64,000 nt of DNA from Candidatus Cloacimonadota bacterium. GTDB lineage: Bacteria; Cloacimonadota; Cloacimonadia; Cloacimonadales; TCS61. Location: the NCBI GenBank assembly GCA_021108315.1, contig JAIORE010000190.1:2736-66735 (forward strand), read 5' to 3'. The position numbers were made by a program, and so were the translations under genes. The notes under the pieces were generated by a model that saw nothing but the letters and a program-made list of their open reading frames with translations, searched no databases and had not been told where the DNA came from. Position 1 is the first letter of the stretch, and each line of letters starts with the position of its first letter. This document shows, one piece after another, positions 31,401 to 41,200 of the stretch.

Positions 31401-31555
31401 CAAGTGGAACATTCGATAATAACCGCTGGACAGCTATAGCAACTGAAGAACGTAGATTCTATTATGTAACTGCTTCGACGGATATTGTGGTAAGGAACAG
31501 CGTTATAAAGCAAGGGTTAAGAAACGAGAGGAATCGATTTAATAACAGAAAATAG
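22484..31555 (+). CDS. Giant secreted multidomain protein 1 (LamG, two parallel beta-helices, FN3, HDPPG domain, Ig/BACON-like repeats, shared CTD)
   Basis: AAGGAGG RBS, signal peptide, LamG (LNFDGVDDYV...MDEVRIWN), GGAI-type beta-helix repeats and DIGAYEY/DMGAYEY caps. Confidence 0.85.
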   Translation: MSKKTNLFAVLTILLGMVFLIPTTVFATDIFRGTALNFDGVDDYVEIPDDTSLDFDTSYTLECWIYPGSFDYLAGLITKYHTAQGFTLRLSGSSPYSGIGFDDMETDTGILNAYHWYHIAAVNDNGTRHVYVNGIEKTLSGTPITFTPNNDPVCLGVDYLSSPRYFEGRMDEVRIWNVARTETQINDKMNTFLSGTETGLVSYYQLNEGSGITANDPISSNNGTLTNMTEDDWIPSSAPIGVGGTISTDTVWDAETINVISDITINDGVTLTINPGTTVYFQDYYALNVQGRILAEGTENDPINFTAHPVYHWQGIRFDYTPATNDSTKFKHCNFEYGEGIQNSWNEFNGGAIYTRLFSKILIDHCSFTNNYARYYGGAICLEMAHPTIANCTFDNNTAWKGGAIYGYYSSPDISKCVFENNQAEHIYNNGSGEGGAIYYYENGAMLVSQCLFSGNTAEDKGGAISYNNISLIRFQNCIFQENTSDNQGGAINCNVGTITLYNCTIVENAALNYGGAINIESTSNSEIYNCIIYDNTSAEGQINIMGTGGIQAIEYCNIEGGFAGITGAGSGASFNGIYEDCIDYDPGFTDAANDDYSLLSNSYCINGGDSYYNQNYNGEFDIAGNDRKFNSANGTGNLNDLLSRVDIGAYEYSAESGILPEYSSSLYYDGIVNYDLIILPDFTFTLNSSSNFEFDENAGLYIYGTLEASGSSYNNITFTASNESNGWDGLNFISTEGAGKSSNLEYCYIQFGQGNIYIENYDYLTLTGCTIENGIAENGGGIYSENCQLDMYDNILNNNHADLNGGGIYSNNCQLQMYSCDIDNNHADLNGAGFYSENSDLDIVNCIITNNQADQTGGGLYINNIETRMINLTIADNSAGTQAGAFEITNYSGNQPQIANCIIWNNGSNPIYPTAGSLTNVTYCDVENSYPGSNNQDFDPDFTDEVDDPYMISNHSSCLNRGIQDTTGYSLPDEDFAGNPRIHGHFEPIYDRIDMGAYEYEGTSAPYAFNASDGDNDFPGYVQLQWWYDFDYEPAPQSFWIARYPDILNQLDPGSFSYSDYTAIPGEVYEYMIVAMIDIENEFSASEPNSGYIKPNGIISGTVLSVNNNPVAGVKVSLDPSSGYCLEFDGSSDSLSIDDPEVNMDNDFTIECWFKTTGSDEIILSKGAHNFKVNASGQVEYTDGTNTIVQDSLLANDNEWHHLAVVNDVTGSRTLLYFDEYEVARDSSFTFSGSSSAGFATSDYTGFLDNIKIWTVARDSSDIVDGKDIVTAWDSPGLAGYWALNEGVGNTIFDATNYNHSGSIIGCDWSEFEPGVLMGAFTNEWGEYLISQINYGSSTTFSVIPYKSGHVFQPEQRQITLSESNIAQNDVDFTDNSLIPITGYVKFQGTECPVVGATIMLNGSPFVPITLVDEDGYYVIEVEHGTECIVSVEYQDHIFNRFWNLGEVTYPHTDKNFDDTFKTQFRCNVVGGDDSYPIGEFDVTIQSVNGCYYDEITGANWTTGGIMVPNLPPLDFNVTVDPAGDDPFNLEIDEQFQNLKTALISLTNTDEILDTLQFVWKADLEIEVTWSDTLVSYTFTEYPDNEFYVLQQNEWCAIEISAFEDYSYDAHPNQITYLDDCGLSIRDEVGTQGITETVFQDTTLTTYTFAPYLPNILSGYDRQYQNMMEITVEDTDLNRYATQTDWILTEGVKPLESTYATTSPEIPFLILHDPPGDGSFSSFGQSSSHSIAMSSAVCTDSELDMFAKIHLGPDVTTSIGIFYSVEVDVDVTMDLNMGFTLGTTQTRSQEQELTFTTSTEYSTSDDDQVIGAGSDLFVGGAMNLIWGVTNVISWDEIEQDVIVDTSVMVSPNGFATVYVYTDNQIRNTVIPNLEALGDTASVALWNTYLINNENNKASAVPNPNHPQNLSFNAGAGYSYEEETNTTISQTIEFETTVSNEFGFEIGATVNGVGGEFGFTYRTQMTIGSSSNSEFSTETETHFTLADDDETSDLNELADYFTLDVKVDPVYGTPVFDLVSGGSSCPWEPNTIPREGVALSANTYTASNLLSGEEAAFILTLGNTSQTSEDRRYYLTVLHGSNPGGAIVKINGVPLEERMAFDVIGGETVQAIMTVEQGPFAYEYDDLTLEFYSDCNRGKDGPDGHYFDMFKSFDIYWEAPYSRISINSPEDDWIINKVNDDTLDILLTDYDLTKPDFQSIKLQYKHPQDENWFPAFEIFRDSLLSHPHYIEVSWDVSGISDGFYEIRAATTDSVQADYFTESLSGVIDRTSPELLVDPFPQDEILEPEDEIALIFMEAIDPLSVNPANFSLIITRNGMSIGHDITYFENAVYLNPNIANFWFENETLEAEVSGLKDLYGNEMEVPISWEFYVNSNPVNWNVTKLDVIKPLGETMTLTANLINDGGQHYSYVFTDYADSLYHPELQYHAPDWLSITPTSGQLIPLDSQEISFEISDQIGFGHYETIIYAHTSMGNEAIEIEVDVLSNPPDWSITEFNNFQSSMSIIGELDFEGELSTDTNDIIGAFIQEESEDWVCRGVANIESVPYILGHPYQIFLTIYSDLDDPVRNLGTGKNSRTEDEIRFRVWDNSENKEYYQVDHTVFGGTLMYLANEVYGTPLNPISMTTVADMVQDIPLASGWTWFSTNLDIVPNIINDVLGSLNPVDEDYIKAQTQYAQYLTDSWYGTLTSLSNTAMYKIKMAEAQNLEIIGELRDPFEITISYSTGWNWISYIPHVSMSVNAALSDRTNIAGDFIKNQAGYAFYVDSDIGWIGSLRFMNPDEGFMLYSSGTGSFEYPEYNIRGKDDFPDLTPLVLRDAPDWSFNPQDFEYTASVTIELQINAIPATSGNYMVGAFVGEDCRGSVTSIPVFDTYMYFLTVFSNTQNEDISLKIYDADADEIIDPAHSFTFNNDLILGSPSTPYELEIAGALDIPQNIIIEIIGSEVQLSWDEVAGANSYKIFASDDPNGDFTDATASGTFDNNRWTAIATEERRFYYVTASTDIVVRNSVIKQGLRNERNRFNNRK

Positions 31556-31605
31556 AATAGTTTTTTGTAGGGAATAAGCATACTTGTTCCTTGTCAAACA
31601 ACACA

Positions 31606-31638
31606 AAACTTCGGAAGTTTAACAAACTTCCGAAGTTT
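31606..31638. repeat. Nested perfect palindrome after giant gene 1 (terminator/REP-like)
   Basis: AAACTTCGGAAGTTT-AAC-AAACTTCCGAAGTTT; each arm is itself nearly palindromic. Confidence 0.85.
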
Positions 31639-32298
31639 GATTTTCAATCTCAAATATGATAAAAGAAAGAACCCGACTTAGGATTATTGAATAACATTCC
31701 CCACTTCACTTTTTCTACCTAACTTGATAGAGAAAAGGAAGATATGATTTTATAAAAAACAGATTTAACCAAAACTATGATAACCTAATTTTTACTATTT
31801 GAACTCATCCTGCTGTCCTTCTCTTAAATTCAAGAGAAGGAACATAGAAAAGCAGGAAGAAAAAAAAACAGAAGTCATCCCTCACTTTAGATAAAGAGAG
31901 GGAAAGAGGGAGAGTTTGAAAAATGAAAATCGAAGTGAAAAATGTTAGTTATTGAATAATATTAAAAGCTTATTTACGAATCGTGCAAATTTATCTTGCA
32001 TTTTTTTAGTCATTAATTATTCTTTTCTCATTATTGAAATGTTTCTTTGAATTGGTTTTTTAGACGAAATCAATATTAAAAAAAAGCATTTCTTTGCAAC
32101 CTGTTTCTGTAACTATTTTTCTGGCGTAATTTCTTGTTTTTTATTTTACTTACGAATAAATCGTATCTGAATTCTTGGGGATGGGTAGCAAAAACCAAGA
32201 TACAAAGATATCATTATTCGGTGATGATCTGCAAAATGAAATCGTACCGATAATCAAAAATTGTAGTTGTAAAATTTATTCAAAAATAGGGGGATGTT

Positions 32299-35200
32299 AT
32301 GTCTAAAAAAACTTGTTATCTATTTATTTTAATTCTGATAGCAGTATCAGCTTTTGCCGATTCACCAGGGAATTGTTTGGATTTTGATGGAACTGATGAT
32401 TATGTTAATTGTGGTAACAGTACTGAGTTGAATATTACGACTAACATCACAATAGAAGCCTGGGTATATTACGAAGGTGGAGAAACATTTCCACGAATAA
32501 TAGACAAATATCCTGCTCCAAGTATATATATTGCAGAATCCTCAGATCAGGTTGGATGGTATGGTGAAGTAAATGGTGTGGCTCGTGATTTTATTTTTTC
32601 CGGTGCATTAGTTCCGCGAAACGAATGGACACACGTTGCCGTTACTTATGATGGAAGTGGCATCAAGGCTTACATCAATGGGAGTTTAGAGAGTACAGAA
32701 AACTATAGTGGTCATCTAACTGTCACAACAAACAATTTGCTGATTGGTAATAATACTACTGAAAACAGAACTTTTGGCGGCAAGATTGATGAAGTACGTC
32801 TTTGGGATAGTGCTCGAAGTCAGTCAGAAATATCTAACAATATGAGACAACAACTGTCAGGAACAGAGTCAAATTTAGTATCCTACTGGATGTTTGATGA
32901 GAATAGTGGCACGACTGCTTTTGATACAGCCGGCAGCAGTGATGGAACACTTACTAATATGGACAGTTCTGCTTGGACAAACTCAACAGTTCCCTTTATT
33001 TCGGATACAACAGGTTATACACTGAATTTCGATGGAACAAATGATTATGTGGATTGCGGAAATGATCCGAGTTTGGACATTACAAATTCGATTGCAATTG
33101 AGGCTTGGATAAAAGCAGAAAGTTGGGCACCTTATATATGGGGAGGAACAATATTGAGTAAAGGTGGTTCAGGAAATACGGGATATGTGCTTCGTTGTGG
33201 AGATAACGGTAGTTTAAATTTTGTACTGGGAATGAATACAGGCTGGGTCTATACATCATCATCTGCAATTATGCAAATCGGTGAATGGAATCATATTGCA
33301 GGTGTTTACAACGGCTCATCTTTAAGACTTTATATCAATGGAGAGATTGTTGATGAACAATTTGTTTCCGGCGATATTGGAGTTTCACCAAATAACATAT
33401 ATATCGGAGAAAGTCCGCAATATCCCAACAGATATTTTCAAGGGCAAATTGATGAAGTGCGCATTTGGAATGCTGCTCGAACACAAATTGAGCTAAACCA
33501 TACAATGCATACTTCTCTTACCGGCAATGAAGCCAACCTTGTTTCATACTACCAATTTAATGCAGGAGAAGAGTTAATTGCCTATGACATGGTCTCTGCC
33601 AATAACGGCACTATGACCAATATGACAGAAGACGATTGGGTTCCTTCAGATGTTCCTTTTGGAGTAATTGTAAACGGCACTATTTCCACCGATACAATTT
33701 GGGATGATGAATTAGTAATTGTAACCGGAGATATTACGGTAAATCAGGGAGTTTCTTTAACGGTTAACCCCGGCACAACAGTGTTTTTTACCGGAGAATA
33801 TTCGCTGACTATCAACGGGAAAATGCTTGCAATAGGTACAGAAGCCGAGATGATCTCTTTTACCTCAAGTGAAGGTGTTCATTGGAAAAGTGTTTTATTT
33901 ATACCGGATGACAACCTATGTGTTTTTGAACTTGAATACTGTATTTTTGAAAACGCTTATCTTGATAATAATGAACCCGGAAGGGAAGGTGGTGGGGCTG
34001 TATATATTGAGGCTATTGATGATTATGAAATATCAATTAAAAACTGCCTATTTCAGAACAACAGAGCTGAAAAGGGTGGGGCAATCTATGTAAGAGCCTT
34101 TGACAGTGGTTTCGTAAACAATACCTTCTCAAACAATAATGCTGAATACGGAGGAGCAATTTATTTTGGAGATTACTCTGATTATAATCACGTAATGCAC
34201 TGTGTTTTTAAGGATAATAGTGCTGTCCAAAGCGGTGGTGCAATATACGTTGAATTTGAACAAGCTATAGTAAGTTGTCTGTTTTTTGATAACGAGAGTA
34301 TAAGCGGACCGGGAGGAGCAATTTTTTATGATGGCGGTTTTGGCAGTCTTATCAATTGTACAATTACAGAAAATAGTGCACCGGCAGGAGCAGGAGTAGC
34401 TTTTAATAATGGCTCTCCACAAATTGCAAATTGTATAGTGTATGGTAATGTAGCGAATGATAACTCACAAATAAATATCATTGGAACAAATTGGCAACCC
34501 TCTTTTCTAAATTGCCTTATTGAAGGTGGAAAAGCAGCTTTTTCGGGAGATTCCTTTAACCGTTATTATGGAGATTGTAAAGATTATGATCCTGAATTTA
34601 CTGATCCTGTCAATAACGACTATACTCTCACTTCCGTTTCTCCCTGCATCAATGCCGGTCATATCGAAACATCTTTCTACCTAAATGATTGGATAATTGA
34701 AATAGAACTTGATCCGTTAACAAGGAACATTGATCTGGACGGTAATGACAGATTCTTTGATGAAGTAGATACTCAAAGTGGGGATTTAGATTTATCACTT
34801 GATTGTATTGATATGGGTGCCTATGAATATTCTTATAGTAGTGGAATTATTGGTGCCACTTATTATGAAGGTGGAGGTGATGCTGCTGTTATCCCAATTG
34901 ATATACATATTGCAAAAGGGGTTACCTACGGTATGGGCGGTGAAACCTGGAAATTTCAGAATGGAGCATCTCTTTATATTCATGGTCAGTTAGAAGTGGA
35001 GGAATGGGTCTTGTATGAGTATAGCACTGTTTATAGGACAACGTTTCAACCTTATGACGAATTCTCAGATTTTGGGGGGCTACATTTTGTTTCCACAGAT
35101 CCAACTGCTACATCTCAATTGAAATATTGTATCGTTGATGGTGGTATAGGAAATGCAGGCATAGAGAGTGAATATGGCGGGAATATATCTGTTTACAATT

Positions 35201-38200
35201 ACAACGAAGTAATAATAGAAAACTGCATTATACGTAATGGTTCTGGTCAAAAGGGTGGAGGAATATATTCTAAAAACTCAAGTTTGATACTAAGAAACAC
35301 TGTATTATCTGACAATGAAGCATCTGTTAGCGGTGGTGGACTTTTTTCGGACAACTCGGATGTTAGTATTATAAATTGTACAATCGGAGGAAACAGCTCC
35401 AGCTCAGATGGTAGTGGACTACGTTTTGAATCTATAGGCACACAACCGCAGATAATAAATTCAATTATCTGGGATAATGAAGCAAATCCGATTTATCCAG
35501 TAGGTAGTGCTCTCACAAATGTCACTTATAGCGATATTGATGTTTATTATGCAGGTCAAGGCAATATCTCGGTTGATCCGCAATTTAAAATTACGGGAGA
35601 ACATCCCTATGGCATTGAGGGAGGATCTTATTGTATTAATGCAGGTATTCCGGATACTATCGGTTTGAATTTCCCTGATTATGATATTTACGGGAATTAT
35701 CGTATTTTTGCACATACGACCTCTTCCTACGACAGGATAGATATTGGTGCTTATGAAGTACCCGGAATACTAGCTCCTTCACCTTTTACTGCTTCTGATG
35801 GTAATAATGATTTTCACGGTTATGTACAATTGAATTGGGAATTTAATAATCCCGATCCTAACTGGAATCCTACGCCTATCCAATTCAGGATTCTTAGAAA
35901 TGGTGTTAATATAAACACTATAGATGCTAACACCTTCTTTTATCAGGATGATACAGCTATTCCCGGTGTAATATACAGCTATGTTGTTCAAACCATAGCA
36001 GATGAACAAACAGGAAATTCGGCAGAGAACAGCGGATTTATCAAACCAAATGGTATTATAACTGGAACGGTGCTTACTACAAACAATAATCCTGTAGAGG
36101 ATGTAAAAGTTTATCTCAATCCATCTACCGGTTATTGTCTGGAATTCGATAGTGCAAATTCATCTCAATTTATTACCGAATCACCGGCAGTGGATATGGA
36201 TTTGGACTTTACTATTGAATTATGGGTGAAAACCTTGATGAGTAATATTGTGTTGATGAACAAAGGTGATCATAATTTTAGTGTGAACAGCTCAGGAAAT
36301 CTGGAATATACCGATGGCATGAACACACTGGTGCAAAGCTCTCGTACAAACGTAAATGACGGAGATTGGCATCATATCGCTCTCGTAAGTGATGCAATGA
36401 ATTTAATGAGCACGTTATATCTTGATGAAGTTATCGTTGCATCGAATACAGGATTTGCTTTTAGCGGTTCTTCTGACGAAGGTTTCTCATCATCATTATC
36501 TTTTACAGGATATTTAGACGATCTCAGAATTTGGTCAACTGCACGTGATTCATCTGATATTGTGGATAGAATGGATATTACTGCATCAATTGATAATGAG
36601 GATTTAGCAGGATATTGGGCTTTGAACGAGGGTGTAGGAAATACTGCTTATGATGCTACAGATTATGCTCATCACGGCTCTATAAGTAATTGTGATTGGT
36701 CTGCTAATGAACCCGGAATATTGCTGGGAAGTTTTACAGATAGTTGGGGAGAATATATTATTCGTGATATAGCCTATGGATATGCAACTACTTTTCAGGT
36801 TATTCCATTTAAGTCTGGTCATCTTTTTCAGCCGGAACTTAGGAATGTGACAATCAGTGAGAGTAATATTGCTCAAAACGGTATTGATTTTACCGACAAT
36901 TCTTTGGTTCCTATTTCAGGGCATGTTTTGTATCAAAATACTCTTGTACCTGTTGCAGGAGCTACAATCTTGTTAAATGGACAAACAGCAACTCCACCGA
37001 CATTTACAAATGAAGAAGGCTATTATGTGCTGGAAGTTGAACATGGTACTCAAAGTATTGTTTCCGTGGACTATGAAGATCATATTTTTAACAGGGAGTG
37101 GCATCTTGGGGCAGTTACTTTTCCACAGGTAAATAAAGATTTTGAAGATACTTTTAAAGTTGATTTCAGACTTGATGTTGTAGGAGGTAACGATTCTTAT
37201 CCAATCGGAGATTTTGAAGTTACTCTGCAATCAGTAAACGGTTATTATAATGATTTGATTACAGGAGAAGACTGGAGTTCCGGTGGAATTTTGGTGTCTG
37301 CCCTTCCACCAATTGATTACAATGTTACAGTTGACCCTATTGGACTTGATCCATTCAATCTGGTTTTAGATGAGCAGTTCCAGAATATAAAAACAGATTT
37401 GATTACACTTAGTCAGGTAGATTCCACATTGGATTCACTGCGTTTTGTTTGGAAAGCACCATTGGAAATTTCAGTTGCCTGGTCCGATACACTTAATTTG
37501 TACAGTTTTCCCGAATATCCCGAAAGTGAATTTTATGTACTTGAACAAAACATTTGGGCAGATGTGGCAATTCAAGCTTTTGAAGATTATAGTTATGTTG
37601 ATCATCCTGATCAGGTTACATATCTTGATAATTGCGAGATTGTGATTTCCGACGATGTAGGAACTCAAGGAACAACCGAAACAGCTTTTCAAGATTCAAC
37701 AACATTTACATATACATTCGCCCCGTATTTACCAAATATGCTGTCGGGATATAATCGACAGTATCAGAAACAGATTTCATTTACGATTCAGGATTCAGAT
37801 TTAAATCGGTATTGTTCCCAAATTGATTGGGTGCTAACAGAAGGCGCTAGACCACAAGAAACAACTTATTCATCTACATCGCCTGATATTCCTTTTATGA
37901 TCTTGCACGATCCTCCCGGAGATGGTAGCTATGCAACCTTTGATGAAAGTAGTTACATTTCCTACTCTTTTGATATTGCTGCTTGCACCGATTCGGAACA
38001 TTCACTTTATTCAACACTTCACCTTGGAAATAATTTTACTGCAAGTATAGGTTCTATATTTTTTAGTGTAGAATCCAAAGTAGAAGTTATAGTTGATATG
38101 GATTTAGGGTTTTCGCGTAGGGTTGTACAAAATGATAGCAATCAGTATGAGTATACTATGACTACTACCGAGTCATATTCAACATCTTCCGATGACCAGT

Positions 38201-41200
38201 TAATTGGTAGGAGATCTGATCTGTTTGTTGGCGGAGCGATTAATCTTATATGGGGTACTACACATGATTTAGCTTGGGATAATTTGACTCAAGATGTTAT
38301 TATTGATACAAGTGTAATGGTAACTCCAAATGGTTTTGAAACTGTTTATGTCTATACTGAAAATCAAATAAGAAATACAGTGATTCCTAATTTAGAAACA
38401 ATTGGCGATACTGCTTCTGTTACCCTCTGGCAAGGTTTTCTTGATGCAAATGAGGATAATATTGATTTTGCAGTTTCTAATCCCAATCATCCTGAAAACG
38501 TGTCATTTAATGCCGGAGCAAGTTACTCATACACAGAAACGACTAATAGAGATTATACTGAATCAGTAACGTTTGAAACGATTCTTGATTATGAAGCAGC
38601 TTCTACGATTGGCTTGGTTGTTAATGGGCACGGTGTAGAAGGAGGTTATGCTTTCAGTACAATTATTTCAAATAAACGAAACTATACTGACGGTGAAGGA
38701 ACAAGTACTAAAACTTCTTTTACATTAGCAGATGATGATGAGACCTCAGACTTAAACTTTCTTGCTGATTATTTTACTGTCGATATAAAACAAGATACTG
38801 TCTATGGAACTCCAGTTTTTAATTTACTTTCAGGGGCATCATCGTGTCCATGGGAACCGGAAACATTGCCAAGAGAAGGTGTTTCGTTTACTGCAACTCC
38901 AAGTTCCGTAAACGGATTACTTCCCGGGGAGCAAGCTGTATTTTTGCTATCTCTCGGTAATACAAGCCAAACAAATGAGTACCGCAGATATTATCTGACT
39001 CAAAATATGACAGCTAATCCGGGTGGAGCAGTTATTAGGGTAAATGGATCCATTTTGGGTGGAACAATGACATTTGATGTACCTGCCGGAGAAGTTGCAG
39101 AAGCCATAATGACCGTTTCTCAAGGACCGTTAGCTTACGAATATGAAAACCTAACTCTGGAATTTTATACTACTGGAGATAGAGGTCATGAAGGACCCGA
39201 AGGTCATGATTTCTATGTCTTCAAAGAATTCGATGTATATTGGGAACCACCCTATAGCAGAGTTTCAATAGATTCACCATCTGACAACTGGATATTAAAT
39301 CAGGCAAATGATGATACTTTGGATATTTTTCTTACGGATTATGATTTAACTAAACCAGACTTCGCTTCAATAAAATTGCAATACAAGCATCCACAAGATG
39401 AAAACTGGCTTCCGGCTTTTGAGATATTCCGAGACAGCTTGGAATCATCTCATCCGCATTATATTGAAGTCCCTTGGGATGTTTCAGGAATTTCAGATGG
39501 ACTTTATGAGATCAGAGCAGCAACAACAGACAGTGTACAAGCAGATTATTACACGGAAAGTTTGTCTGGAATTATAGATAGAACTGCACCGATCCTGTTT
39601 AATCAACCGGAACCTCAAGATGAAATTCTGGAACCAGGAGATGAAATTCTTTTAACTTTTGTAGAAACTATAGATCCAGCATCAATCAATCCGTCAAATT
39701 TCTCTCTTGAAGTCATTAGTACTGGAATGCAAATTGGGATAGATATAACCTGCGTCGATAATATGGTTAATCTCACTCCCAATATCGCAAATTTCTGGTT
39801 CGAGAATGAGACTCTCGAAGCGGAAGTTTCCGGACTTCGAGACCTTTATGGCAATACAATGGAAGCCCCAATAACTTGGGAATTCTACGTAAACAGTAAT
39901 CCTGTTAATTGGAATGTAACTAAACTTGATGTGATCAAACCACTTGGGGAATCTATGACTTTGACCGCAAATCTTATTAATGATGGTGGACAATACTATT
40001 CCTATGTGTTCACAGATTATGCAGATTCACTTTATCATCCACTGTTGCAGTACCACACTCCTGATTGGCTCTCTATTACTCCAACTTCTGGTCAGTTGAT
40101 TCCACTTGATTCTCAGGAGATCAGCTTCGAGATCAGTGATCAAATAGGATTTGGGCATTATGAAACAATCATCTACGCTCACACTCCGATGGGAAATGAA
40201 GCTATTGAAATTGAAGTTGATGTGCTTTCCAACCCACCGGATTGGACGATTACGGAATTCAACAACTTCCAAAGTTCAATGAGTATTATCGGAGAGCTCA
40301 ATATCGAAGGAGGTCTTTCAGTCGATACAAATGACATAATCGGTGCATTTATGCAAGAAGAAAGCGGAGATTGGGTTTGCCGCGGAGTTGCCAATATTGA
40401 AGCAATTCCCTATATTCCCACTCATCCGTATCAGGTTTTCCTGACGATCTATAGCGATCTTGACGATCCGGTGCGAACCGAAGATGAGATCATATTCAGG
40501 GTTTGGGACAATTCTGATAACAAGGAATACTATCAGGTCGATCATTCTGTATTTGGTGGAACATTGATGTATCTTGCCAACGAGGTTTATGGAACTCCCC
40601 TGAATCCAATAAGCTTGGCAACTGTTAACGATATGGTTCAGGATATTCCTCTCAATTCGGGTTGGACGTGGTTCAGTACAAATCTGGATCTTGTTCCCAA
40701 TACTATCAATGATGTTCTTGGTTCACTTAGCCCGATAAATGCTGATCTCATCAAAGCTCAAACACAATATTCTCAATACTTAACTGACTCGTGGTTGGGA
40801 ACTTTATCATCACTTAACAATACTTCGATGTATAAGATAAAAATGGCAGAAGCACAGAATTTGGAAATAATAGGTGAATTGCGAGATCCGGTTACTACCA
40901 CTATTTCTTATAGCACAGGCTGGAATTGGATAGGTTACATTCCGCACGTGAGTATGAGTGTGAATGAAGCACTGAGCGATCGTACAAATACAGCCGGAGA
41001 TTTCATAAAGAACCAAGCTGGCTACGCTTTTTATGTTGATTCCGATATTGGTTGGATTGGTTCTTTGCGATTTATGAATCCCGACGAAGGTTTTATGCTT
41101 TATTCGTCAGGAACAGGTTCATTTGAATATCCCGAATATATTATCAGATCGAAAAATGATTATCCAGATTTAACTCCGCTTGTTCTCAGAGATGCACCGG

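Noticed and set aside
32121-32145. sigma54 promoter upstream of giant 2 (TGGCGTAATTTCTTGT)
   Set aside because: Spacing is off by one and the -12 box is GT rather than GC; sigma54 spacing is strict.
32150-32260. Riboswitch (e.g. c-di-GMP-I) in the giant 2 leader
   Set aside because: Several small hairpins are present (including ATCATTA-TTCG-GTGATGAT), but the GGCAAACC/GAAA/GGACGCAAAGC core is not.
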